Shown one piece after another: positions 18,785 through 27,337 of a DNA stretch of 64,000 nt. How positions within the stretch are numbered: position 1 is the stretch's first letter; the number at the start of each line of letters is the position of its first letter. The notes under the pieces are model-generated. The model was not told the origin of the DNA. It saw only the letters and a program-made list of their open reading frames with translations, and searched no databases. The DNA is from Flexilinea sp. GTDB taxonomy: Bacteria > Bacteroidota > Bacteroidia > Bacteroidales > Paludibacteraceae. The position numbers were made by a program, and so were the translations under genes. Location of the stretch: assembly GCA_963648205.1 (NCBI GenBank), contig CAVJCT010000038.1, positions 434 to 64,433 on the forward strand, in the 5' to 3' direction.

Positions 18785-20209
18785 TTATATCTTCATATAG
18801 GGAAGGAAAAGCGAATCTAAGGTTATAACTTTCTGAAACTCATCAGAATAACCATTACTTACAACACCATTCGCACTAACCAAAACAAGATGAACAGCCT
18901 TTTGAGTTTTAGTCCTTTCCACAAAGACAGCACGTTTAGACAAAACATCATCAATAGATTCTGATGAAACGCGAAGAGGCTCTTTCGTAAATTTCATTTC
19001 ACAAATGTCAATGATGTTGTCATCGCGGTCTATTAGCATATCAATTTGACATCCAGTTATATCGTCAGAAGCCACGGAACGCCAAGAACAAACATTGCTA
19101 ACGACCCCCGTTATTCCGAGAGCCTGTTTAATTTGGTTGATATGGCAGAAGCACAAATTTTCAAATGACAGGCCACACCAGTTGTTGTAGAGAGGAGAAC
19201 CCTGATTATGCGACCAGAAGCGTTCATCCTCACGCCTGTTCTCCTTTATAAAACGGAAATAGAATAACGTATAGGCGTCAATTAGCTGATATACAGCATT
19301 ATTCGATTTATAGCCATACGAAGCATATTTTCGAATAAAACCACACTGCTCTAAATCATCTAAGATTTCAGAAAGTTTTCCATTGTCCAACAATCCGTTT
19401 GCAATGATTTCATCTCGAGTCATACCGATTTTCTTTTTTCCAAGAGCAGAAATCACCTTAATATAAGGCTCTGGAGTTTTAAAGAGAGAAGAATAAAGTT
19501 CAGCATACTCGTTGTAGAGTTCGCCGTCGCGAGAGAAGAAAAGATTGTCAATATTTTGAGCCAAACTATACTCACGGTTAAGGAAAGACCAATAATAAGG
19601 AATTCCACCCATAATCATCGCACACTCAGCAATTTGCCTACGAGTCATACCTAATTTAGCCATTTTAGCAAAACTCTCACATTCTGCCAAAGAGAAAGGT
19701 TGAATATGAATCTTCGTCGTTACTCGTCCCCTTAAACCAGCCTTATTACGAATAAGTTTATTGATGATCCAAGAAGTCGCAGAACCACAAACAATCAAAG
19801 TAATATCTTTTCTTGCAGAAGCCCACCCGTTCCAAAAATGTTCCAAAGCAGGGATAAATCCCGAGCGAGCAGTATCCATCCAAGGCATTTCATCTATGAA
19901 GAGCACCTTTCTTTTTTCTTTTGAAACAAGAATAAAGTCCTTCAACTGATCAAATGCTTCAAGCCATGATTTCGCACATTTTGTATCATATCCACTATAT
20001 TTAAGAGAAGATTGCCAAGCCAAAAGCTGTCCTTTCAACCCACTCTTTGCCAAACCAGCATGTTGAAAGGTGAATTTGTAGTTGAATGTTTCTCTCACAA
20101 AGAAAGTCTTTCCGACACGTCGTCTGCCATACACAGTAACGAATTGCGAATATTCAGAACTGTTGGCATTCAATAACTTCTGCTTCTCTTCAATGCGACC
20201 AATCATCAT
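18785..20209 (-). CDS. AAA ATPase fused to a C-terminal PD-(D/E)XK-like (DUF234-type) domain
   Basis: Walker A GRRRVGKT (20105-20128) and Walker B VLFIDEMPW. The C-terminal sequence GCQIDMLIDRDDNIIDICEMKF (18989-19054) contains a D...ExK pattern. Composition is visibly AT-rich. Confidence 0.8.
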   Translation of the reverse strand: MMIGRIEEKQKLLNANSSEYSQFVTVYGRRRVGKTFFVRETFNYKFTFQHAGLAKSGLKGQLLAWQSSLKYSGYDTKCAKSWLEAFDQLKDFILVSKEKRKVLFIDEMPWMDTARSGFIPALEHFWNGWASARKDITLIVCGSATSWIINKLIRNKAGLRGRVTTKIHIQPFSLAECESFAKMAKLGMTRRQIAECAMIMGGIPYYWSFLNREYSLAQNIDNLFFSRDGELYNEYAELYSSLFKTPEPYIKVISALGKKKIGMTRDEIIANGLLDNGKLSEILDDLEQCGFIRKYASYGYKSNNAVYQLIDAYTLFYFRFIKENRREDERFWSHNQGSPLYNNWCGLSFENLCFCHINQIKQALGITGVVSNVCSWRSVASDDITGCQIDMLIDRDDNIIDICEMKFTKEPLRVSSESIDDVLSKRAVFVERTKTQKAVHLVLVSANGVVSNGYSDEFQKVITLDSLFLPYMKI

Positions 20210-20232
20210 AGGCTTTAAAGTTTTGTTGAGTA

Positions 20233-20240
20233 CAAAAATA
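20233..20240 (-). promoter_or_regulatory. Candidate -7 box TATTTTTG (minus strand) for the ATPase gene
   Basis: The reverse complement of CAAAAATA matches TAnnTTTG. Lies 24 nt upstream of the ATG at 20209, inside the region bracketed by the palindromes. Confidence 0.4.
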
Positions 20241-20251
20241 GGAAAACAGTG

Positions 20252-20304
20252 CGTTATAATCAGCGGAAACTATCAAATTTTTGAAGTTTCCGCTGATTAT
20301 AACG
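20252..20304. repeat. Palindromic element copy 2
   Basis: A perfect 20-bp stem pairs CGTTATAATCAGCGGAAACT (20252-20271) with AGTTTCCGCTGATTATAACG (20285-20304). The loop is 13 nt and T-rich. It shares the core TTATAATCAGCGGAAACT with copy 1. Confidence 0.8.
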
Positions 20305-20422
20305 TATTTTAAACACCAGCATAGACTTCTTCTGCCACGTTTTCTGCGCACTTTAATTTTTGCATTATCAGAAAAAGTATTAACTTTCGTGGGTTATTTT
20401 ATTTTTACTTAAAACACTATCT

Positions 20423-23400
20423 ATGGTAGGAGAATCCTTTTTTAAATCAGTAGCAGATGATTTAGTTAAGAAAGCCCAAAGCAAGGGCTTGTCTTTGTCT
20501 GACTATGTTGTTGTTTTTCCTAACAACAGAGCGCAACTCTTCTTTAACAAATACCTTTTGGAAGCGTATGGCAAACCCACCTTTTCGCCTTCCTACGAGA
20601 CGATTTCCACCCTTTTTCGCTCGTTAAGTTCTTACCGCATTGCCGACCCTATCAAGTTGGTTTGCGAACTCTATGAAGTCTATATTGAGGTTCTAAAAGA
20701 AAACCCCGATCCCGATTTTCATGAGGAAGAGGAGACGCTCGACAACTTCTATAATTGGGGATTGGTGTTGCTAAGCGACTTTGATGATGTCGACAGCAAT
20801 ATGGTCAATGCAGAAGACCTCTTCAAGAACATACAAGACACCATACCTTTCGAAGGCAGATACGACCATCTGAGCGAGGAGCAGAAAGACATTTTAAAGC
20901 GATTCTTCAGCGTTTTTCAAAAAGGCGAAGAGACGGAACTGAAGAAAAAATTCTTACGCTTATGGTCCGTTTTAGGCGAGGTTTACAATCGTTTCAAGAA
21001 GAAGTTGGAAGACGATGGAGAAATGAGCGAGGGCATGCTGAAACGCCATGTGATTGAATCATTAGACAACGGCAAAGTCGCGTTGCCCGATAAGCAATAT
21101 GTCGTTGTCGGATTCAACGTGTTGCTTGAGAGCGAACGTCGCCTTTTCAAAAAAATGTCAGATGCGAAAAAGGCAATATTCTATTGGGATTGCGACGAGT
21201 TCTACATGAACAATACCATGCAAGAAGCAGGGTTGTTTATGCGCAAAAACATTGACTATTTCAAGAATGAACTGACTACCAATGATCTGCTAAAAGAGAA
21301 GAAGAAAGTGACCATAATCGAGTCGCCTACCGAAAACGCGCAAGCAAGATACGTGGGCGATTTTTTGAGTAATCCAGAAGTAAAAAGAGAAGACACTGTC
21401 GTCGTTTTGTGTAACGAATCGTTACTTCTACCCGTACTCCACTCTATTCCTTCACAAGAAGGCGAAGAAGCACACGTCAATGTCACAATGGGATTGAATA
21501 TTCTGCAGACCCCTATCTTCGGCTTAGTTCAAATTCTTTTGAAATATCAAGAGAAATTAGAGTTGTTGAAAAAAAACAGCAATGACGGGGAAATCCACTC
21601 TATTCTTAGCACGACAATTCTTCCGTTGCTACGCAATGAGTATCTGCGAAAAGCGTTCCCTTCATTGAAGGACGAAGATAAAAAAATCAGAAAGGACAAC
21701 TGGCGTTTCTTTAAATATTCTGACTTATGCAATAACACAGAATTCGGCAGCTTATTTCAGAAATGCGAAGATGCAAAAAGTGTGATTGTATGGACACAAG
21801 AGATTATTGGGAAAGTTGGTCAGGATTTCGCTAAAAAAGACGAGCAAAACGGAGGGGAAAAATCCGCTGACCCAGATTCAAAATCCGAAGACAAAGAAGC
21901 CTTATACAACGAGCTGTACAAAGAGACGCTATATCGAATCCATGCGTGCTTGACAAGGCTCTCGACATTGATTGACGAGGGATATCTGAAGGACGTACAG
22001 TTGACGATGATGTTGCAATTAGTCGAGAAGGTTCTAAGTTCGTTGGCAGTACCATTCACAGGTGCCGAGGCAGAAGGTTTGCAGGTGATGGGATTCTTGG
22101 AGACCAGAAATTTGGACTTTTCAAATGTTATCTTGCTGTCAGCCAATGAAGGAGTTTTGCCAAAATCGGGCAACGAAAGTTCATTCATCCCCTATTCACT
22201 GCGTGTGGGCTACGGAATGACAACGATAGAGCATAAAAACTCGCTCTACGCCTATTATTTCTACCGTCTGTTGCAACGAGCAGAGAATGTAACTGTTATG
22301 TACAACGGATCGACAGATGGAGGCTCTAAAGGGCAAATGAGCCGTTTCTTGCTACAGTTGTTGGTGGAGACGAAGTACGACTTCACCCGTAAACTTATCA
22401 ACTCTGCTGCGCCATCGAAGGCTGATTATTCTTTAGAGGTCGAAAAGACGCCAGAGATGGTGAACAAGATCAAAGACATGTATGAGGCCGGAAGTATCGC
22501 ACGGAAAGAGAAAGACAATCCTCTAAAAGACGAAAACGGCAATCCAAAGAAGCGGACAGGATTGTCTCCTTCAGCCATGAACACCTTCCTGAACTGCTCT
22601 TTAAAATTCTACTTGAGCTACATTGCCGGCATCAAGAAGGAAGAAGAGATTACCGACACCGTCGAGGTGAACGAGTACGGAACAATATTCCACTCAACGA
22701 TGCAATCTTTTTACGATAGTAGAAAGGGAAAAGTACTGAATGCAAGCGATTTTCCAGATGAAAAAAATTTGGAAGTAGAGATAGAAGATTGGGTGAAATT
22801 AGCATTCAAGAAAGACTATTTTAAAATGAAAAATCTTGCTGATGGCATGCCAACAATGTCTGGTCCACAACTTCTTCAATATGACAGAGCCAGACAGATG
22901 GCAAAGAAGATGGTGGAGTTAGACAAGAAATATGCGCCTTTCAAGGTGATTGCTAACGAGTTGAAGGTAACGAAAGAGATTGAAGTAAAGATGAATGAAG
23001 ACGATCCGAGCGGAAAACCGATTAAATTCTTGATTGGCGGTTCAATCGACCGTATGGATGAGAAAGAAGGCATTGTGCGCATTTTCGACTATAAGACTGG
23101 AAAAGACAAATCAGGTGATGTTGCCCCATATCATGACATATCAGAGCTTTTCGAACCCGATGCTGATATCGACAACGACAAAGAACGTTATGGCTATGCT
23201 ATGCAAGTATTGGTGTATTCCTACATTTATGGATTCGGATTGCCAAAGAAAATAAAGCCCGCCTTAGCATACGTCAACTCTGCCAAATCAAACGACGACA
23301 TTTGCGTACTTAGATGGCAATCAGAAGTAAAGAAACCTAAAAAAGAATCAATCTCTTTAGAAATAAACGACTCACAATACACCGTTATAGAAGAGGGCGT

Positions 23401-23521
23401 AAAAAGTGTGATTCGCGATATGTTGGATATGAGCAAGCCATTCAAAGCGAATAAAAAAGAGGCGATTTGTAAGTATTGCGATTTCAAGTCGTATTGTGGA
23501 GTGAAAGAGGAGAAAAAGTAG
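20423..23521 (+). CDS. AddB-like PD-(D/E)XK nuclease family protein (inactive-helicase-like N-terminal part, RecB-type nuclease with Fe-S cysteines)
   Basis: C-terminal nuclease motifs GGSIDRMDE and FDYKTGK (23084-23101). Four Cys are arranged as in the AddB iron staple: one at 22595-22597 (FLNCSLKFYL) and CKYCDFKSYC at 23468-23497. Confidence 0.75.
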   Translation: MVGESFFKSVADDLVKKAQSKGLSLSDYVVVFPNNRAQLFFNKYLLEAYGKPTFSPSYETISTLFRSLSSYRIADPIKLVCELYEVYIEVLKENPDPDFHEEEETLDNFYNWGLVLLSDFDDVDSNMVNAEDLFKNIQDTIPFEGRYDHLSEEQKDILKRFFSVFQKGEETELKKKFLRLWSVLGEVYNRFKKKLEDDGEMSEGMLKRHVIESLDNGKVALPDKQYVVVGFNVLLESERRLFKKMSDAKKAIFYWDCDEFYMNNTMQEAGLFMRKNIDYFKNELTTNDLLKEKKKVTIIESPTENAQARYVGDFLSNPEVKREDTVVVLCNESLLLPVLHSIPSQEGEEAHVNVTMGLNILQTPIFGLVQILLKYQEKLELLKKNSNDGEIHSILSTTILPLLRNEYLRKAFPSLKDEDKKIRKDNWRFFKYSDLCNNTEFGSLFQKCEDAKSVIVWTQEIIGKVGQDFAKKDEQNGGEKSADPDSKSEDKEALYNELYKETLYRIHACLTRLSTLIDEGYLKDVQLTMMLQLVEKVLSSLAVPFTGAEAEGLQVMGFLETRNLDFSNVILLSANEGVLPKSGNESSFIPYSLRVGYGMTTIEHKNSLYAYYFYRLLQRAENVTVMYNGSTDGGSKGQMSRFLLQLLVETKYDFTRKLINSAAPSKADYSLEVEKTPEMVNKIKDMYEAGSIARKEKDNPLKDENGNPKKRTGLSPSAMNTFLNCSLKFYLSYIAGIKKEEEITDTVEVNEYGTIFHSTMQSFYDSRKGKVLNASDFPDEKNLEVEIEDWVKLAFKKDYFKMKNLADGMPTMSGPQLLQYDRARQMAKKMVELDKKYAPFKVIANELKVTKEIEVKMNEDDPSGKPIKFLIGGSIDRMDEKEGIVRIFDYKTGKDKSGDVAPYHDISELFEPDADIDNDKERYGYAMQVLVYSYIYGFGLPKKIKPALAYVNSAKSNDDICVLRWQSEVKKPKKESISLEINDSQYTVIEEGVKSVIRDMLDMSKPFKANKKEAICKYCDFKSYCGVKEEKK

Positions 23522-23629
23522 GATTACTTTGATTTTGGTTTTATCAAAGGCACAAAAAAGAGTGTACCTCCACAATGGATTTTGATTATTTTGGAAATTT
23601 GCCAAAATTATAAAAAAGTTTGACTGCTA

Positions 23630-24289
23630 TCAGAATATAAAGCATGCTATTCGTCGCATTAACGCGCCCCAGTTCAAGAGCGAAAATACTGATACACAGA
23701 CGATTCCGTTCAAGAATCCTGCGATCAACTGCATCGGTGTATGTCGGTTGAGTTGCAAACGTGCTGCCGCCAACAAGCCTGCACAAATGATAGCGATACT
23801 AATCACCAACGATGAATTGACACTGGTGGAGAGACTCACCATAAAGATACTTGCGATGAGTCCACCGATGCCTGTCAGATGGGCACTAATCTTCCACTTA
23901 ATACTGACAAACGCTGTGATAAGTATGGCAATAGAAACCGCACTGAGTAGGTTGATGATGAAAAGTGGCATCGCATACCGACAGAGCATAAAAGCACACC
24001 CGAAGAAGAAAAGTGCCGTTACAAACATCGGAAAGAAACGATCTTTCTTATCCAACATCTTGGCACTGCTGATGATATTGAGCTTTGCCATCAACCAATA
24101 AGAGAAAAATGGCAATAAAACGCACAAGAGGATGACAAAATAGTACGATATAATGACATATTGCCGTGGGAAAAAGGAAAACAACGGAATCTGAAAAAGC
24201 AACGTCAACCCATATAGGGGCATGAAAAGTGGGAAAAACAGGAACGAAATCGCTCGTGCAGCGATATTGAGTATAGTTTCTTTCATCAT
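23630..24289 (-). CDS. PAP2-superfamily-like integral membrane phosphatase
   Basis: Six hydrophobic segments. Loose PAP2 motifs are KDRFFP, SAH and RLQLNRHTPMQ. Confidence 0.5.
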   Translation of the reverse strand: MMKETILNIAARAISFLFFPLFMPLYGLTLLFQIPLFSFFPRQYVIISYYFVILLCVLLPFFSYWLMAKLNIISSAKMLDKKDRFFPMFVTALFFFGCAFMLCRYAMPLFIINLLSAVSIAILITAFVSIKWKISAHLTGIGGLIASIFMVSLSTSVNSSLVISIAIICAGLLAAARLQLNRHTPMQLIAGFLNGIVCVSVFSLLNWGALMRRIACFIF

Positions 24290-24292
24290 ATT

Positions 24293-25756
24293 CTATAGTT
24301 TCTTACGAAGTCGAGCCACTGGAATATCTAATTGCTCACGATATTTTGCCACTGTTCGACGGGCCACGCTGTAGCCTTTCTCTTTTAATATTTGTGCTAT
24401 CTGATCGTCGGTTATCGGATTTTGCTTATCCTCTTTCTCGACAATTTCAGAAATGATTTCTCTAATTCTTCTATAAGTAACATCTTCACCATCAGCCGTT
24501 TGTGTTCCTTCTACAAAGAAATATTTGAGAGGGAACACGCCGAAATCTGTCTGCACATATTTGCTATTGCTGACACGCGAAATGGTCGACATATCATATC
24601 CTGTTATGCCAGCAATATCTTTTAATCCAAGCGGTTTCAGTTTCGAACTATCGCCCTCAAGGAAAAACGCACGTTGTTTTTCTACAATAGCAGACATCGT
24701 ACGGAACAAAGTCTCATGGCGTTGCTTGATCGAGTCGATAAACCATTGCGCAGAGTCAATCTTCTGCTTGACGAACATAATTGCATCTTTCTTGTCTTTG
24801 TTCGCCTTTTTGTCCTTCAGATAATCCTCAAGCATATTGGAGAACTCTGGACTAATGCGAAGCGATGGAATATTGTCGTCATTGAGCGAAACCTCCAAAT
24901 TTCCATCGTGATTCTCAACGATGAAATCGGGTATCAGTTCGTTGCCAATCATCGAACTACTCTCCCAAGAATTGCCTGGTTTAGGATTCAAACGAACAAT
25001 CTCGTCCATTGCATCTCGGATGTCATCTTTCGACAACCCCGTACTTTCTTCAATCTGATTGTATCTTTTTTGAAGGAAATCCTCAAAATTGTTAGAAAGG
25101 ATTTTTAGCGCATGACGAATCGCGTCTGTCGGTTCTTTGCGTTGGAGTTGCAAGAGAAGACACTCTCTGATTTCGTGTGCGCCAACTCCTGGTGGGTCGA
25201 ACGACTGCACGATCTGCAATGCCTTTGCAAAATCATCATCCTTCACAAACTGTCCATGCTGAAAGGCAAAATCATCCGCCAGAGACTGAAGGGTGCGACG
25301 AAGATATCCGTCATCGTCCAAATTGCCTATGATATACTCCACAAGGGGCTTCAAATCTTCTGGTATCACCCGAAGGTTCATTTGTTCCAAGAGGAATTCC
25401 TGCAACGTAGCAGAATAAGCCATATTGAATTCAGGCGAGGTCGTTCCTCCTTCTCCTTGATCTTGATAGGTTTTGTAGTCGGGAATGTCATCATCCGAAC
25501 GATAATCATCTAATGTGATATCGTCGTCTGAACGGTATTCTTCATCGCCTTGATCATCGTCCCCCTCTTTTGGACAATCGACAGAATCCTCGTTAAGGCC
25601 ATCGTAGACTTCGAGAGCCGGATTAGCCTCAACCTCCTGCTTAATCAGTTCTTCTATTTCCATCGTCGGACTTTCCACCATCTTAATGGCTTGAATCTGT
25701 TGCGGAGATAGTCGCTGAAGGAGTTTCTGTCGAAATACTAATTGTGATTTGCTCAT
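24293..25756 (-). CDS. rpoN: RNA polymerase sigma-54 factor
   Basis: C-terminal RpoN box ARRTVAKYREQL, an acidic region II, and an HTH (ISRVSNSKY). Confidence 0.93.
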   Translation of the reverse strand: MSKSQLVFRQKLLQRLSPQQIQAIKMVESPTMEIEELIKQEVEANPALEVYDGLNEDSVDCPKEGDDDQGDEEYRSDDDITLDDYRSDDDIPDYKTYQDQGEGGTTSPEFNMAYSATLQEFLLEQMNLRVIPEDLKPLVEYIIGNLDDDGYLRRTLQSLADDFAFQHGQFVKDDDFAKALQIVQSFDPPGVGAHEIRECLLLQLQRKEPTDAIRHALKILSNNFEDFLQKRYNQIEESTGLSKDDIRDAMDEIVRLNPKPGNSWESSSMIGNELIPDFIVENHDGNLEVSLNDDNIPSLRISPEFSNMLEDYLKDKKANKDKKDAIMFVKQKIDSAQWFIDSIKQRHETLFRTMSAIVEKQRAFFLEGDSSKLKPLGLKDIAGITGYDMSTISRVSNSKYVQTDFGVFPLKYFFVEGTQTADGEDVTYRRIREIISEIVEKEDKQNPITDDQIAQILKEKGYSVARRTVAKYREQLDIPVARLRKKL

Positions 25757-25805
25757 AGACCGTTTGTTTCTGTTTTTTTTACAAAGTAAAGGCAGCGTCG
25801 ATATT

Positions 25806-26108
25806 TTAGATTTCGAAATCCATGCAGACTCTCAACTTTGTATTTGGCTTGACAGCGGTATTGGCTACTGCAACATGCTCAGGATGAACAGCATAGCCCT
25901 TCAACGCCTCGAAATCAGTCAAAGTAGAGTCTAACATCACATCGGCATTGGAGGTTTCCAAACCATTAATGTTTACTTTGATTTCGACAAGTCCTGGCAC
26001 ACGACCTGCCAATCCTTCAAGTCCTTTTTTGATGGCAACTTTTGCTGCTTCTTTCTGCTCGGCAGTAAGTTCGTCTTTCAACTGCCACAAAATAACGTGT
26101 TTTACCAT
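25806..26108 (-). CDS. Dabb (stress-responsive alpha/beta-barrel) family protein
   Basis: 100 aa. N-terminus MVKHVILWQLK and overall pattern are typical of Dabb domain proteins. Confidence 0.75.
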   Translation of the reverse strand: MVKHVILWQLKDELTAEQKEAAKVAIKKGLEGLAGRVPGLVEIKVNINGLETSNADVMLDSTLTDFEALKGYAVHPEHVAVANTAVKPNTKLRVCMDFEI

Positions 26109-26140
26109 ATTTCCTATTTTTCAATTGATACTATTTTCGA

Positions 26141-27325
26141 TTAACGCAATTTATGCGTCTCATAAAATTTCTTTACGAGGAAGAAGAAGATCGCTACACC
26201 CAACATATTGACTACCCAAGCGCACCAAAACGCAGCGGTATAGTCATAATACCGAGAAACGACGCCTCCTACCAAGATTCCCAAACCGACACCGACATCC
26301 CACGACACCAAGAGGGATGAGCTGGCAGTGCCTCGTTGGTTATGTTCTGCAAGATTGATAAACATAGTCTGATAGGCTGGGAACATGTGTCCATTTCCTA
26401 AACCGACGATCAACGCCGACCCGAAATAGCAAATTTCATTCTGCCCTGCTGCGAAAGCGAGATAGCCGAAGAGCGAAATGCAGCATCCCACAGCCGCATT
26501 TTGCACCACCTTGCCATTGCGAAGGGAGCGAGACCCAACCAAACGAGACAAACCCAAACCGATGGCGAGAAGGGCAAAGAAAAAGCCTGAGCCACCTGTG
26601 ATTCCCAATTTCTCTTGTCCGTAGATGGCAACGTAGGTCGACACAACACCATACGAGAACGAGAGGCAAACCAAACTGGCTGCAATTCGCCACGCAGGCA
26701 AAAGGAAAAATCTATCAAGAGAAATCGGTGCTTTGTTAACCACCAACTCCCTCTCTGGCAACTTAACAGAGTAACTGGCAATCAGTCCGATGGCAGAGGT
26801 TGCCAACGCCAAACCGAAAATGAGGTTATAGTTCTGCGTAGCATGATAAATCTGAATCGCCACAAACGGACTGATAGCGGTGGCAATGTTATTGCTCAAG
26901 CCATAGAACCCGATACCTTCTGCCCTTCTGGATGGATGAAGCACATCGATAGCGACTGTACTATTTGCTACGGTTGCACTACCAAAAGGCACGCCATGTA
27001 GGGTACGAATAATGGCAAAAAAGAGCAATGATCCAGGGACAAGGTAACCTGCGAAAAAGAGAAAGAAAAGGAAGAAACTCAGCACCAACACCTTCTTACG
27101 AGGCAGACTATCTACCAAATAGCCACTGAAACTTCTGGAGATAAGAGCCATCACCACATAGCCAGAAAGCACTACTCCAATAAGGTCATTGTCCGCATTA
27201 AAGGTTTCTTTGAGATATATCGGCAACAAAGGCATCAGCAACATAAAAGAGAAGAAAATCGAAAAATTTCCGATAAACACTTTTATGTATTCACTGTTCC
27301 ACAATTTCACATTTTCAGCACTCAT
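26141..27325 (-). CDS. MFS transporter
   Basis: About 12 TM segments with an MFS loop motif (DSLPRKK region). I take the ATG at 27323-27325, because the tracked first codon at 27328 is GTG. Confidence 0.85.
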   Translation of the reverse strand: MSAENVKLWNSEYIKVFIGNFSIFFSFMLLMPLLPIYLKETFNADNDLIGVVLSGYVVMALISRSFSGYLVDSLPRKKVLVLSFFLFFLFFAGYLVPGSLLFFAIIRTLHGVPFGSATVANSTVAIDVLHPSRRAEGIGFYGLSNNIATAISPFVAIQIYHATQNYNLIFGLALATSAIGLIASYSVKLPERELVVNKAPISLDRFFLLPAWRIAASLVCLSFSYGVVSTYVAIYGQEKLGITGGSGFFFALLAIGLGLSRLVGSRSLRNGKVVQNAAVGCCISLFGYLAFAAGQNEICYFGSALIVGLGNGHMFPAYQTMFINLAEHNQRGTASSSLLVSWDVGVGLGILVGGVVSRYYDYTAAFWCAWVVNMLGVAIFFFLVKKFYETHKLR

Positions 27326-27337
27326 CACAATCGGTTT

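Noticed and set aside
20333-20347. Sigma-54-like sequence TGCCACGTTTTCTGC upstream of the AddB-like gene.
   Set aside because: It lacks the essential GG dinucleotide of the -24 element (GC instead) and has CTGC instead of TTGC.
23527-23608. Two 7-bp AT-rich hairpins between the convergent AddB-like and PAP2-like genes (CTTTGAT/ATCAAAG and ATTTTGG/CCAAAAT).
   Set aside because: The stems are weak and all or mostly A-T. Neither is followed by a U-run on either strand, so I do not call them terminators.
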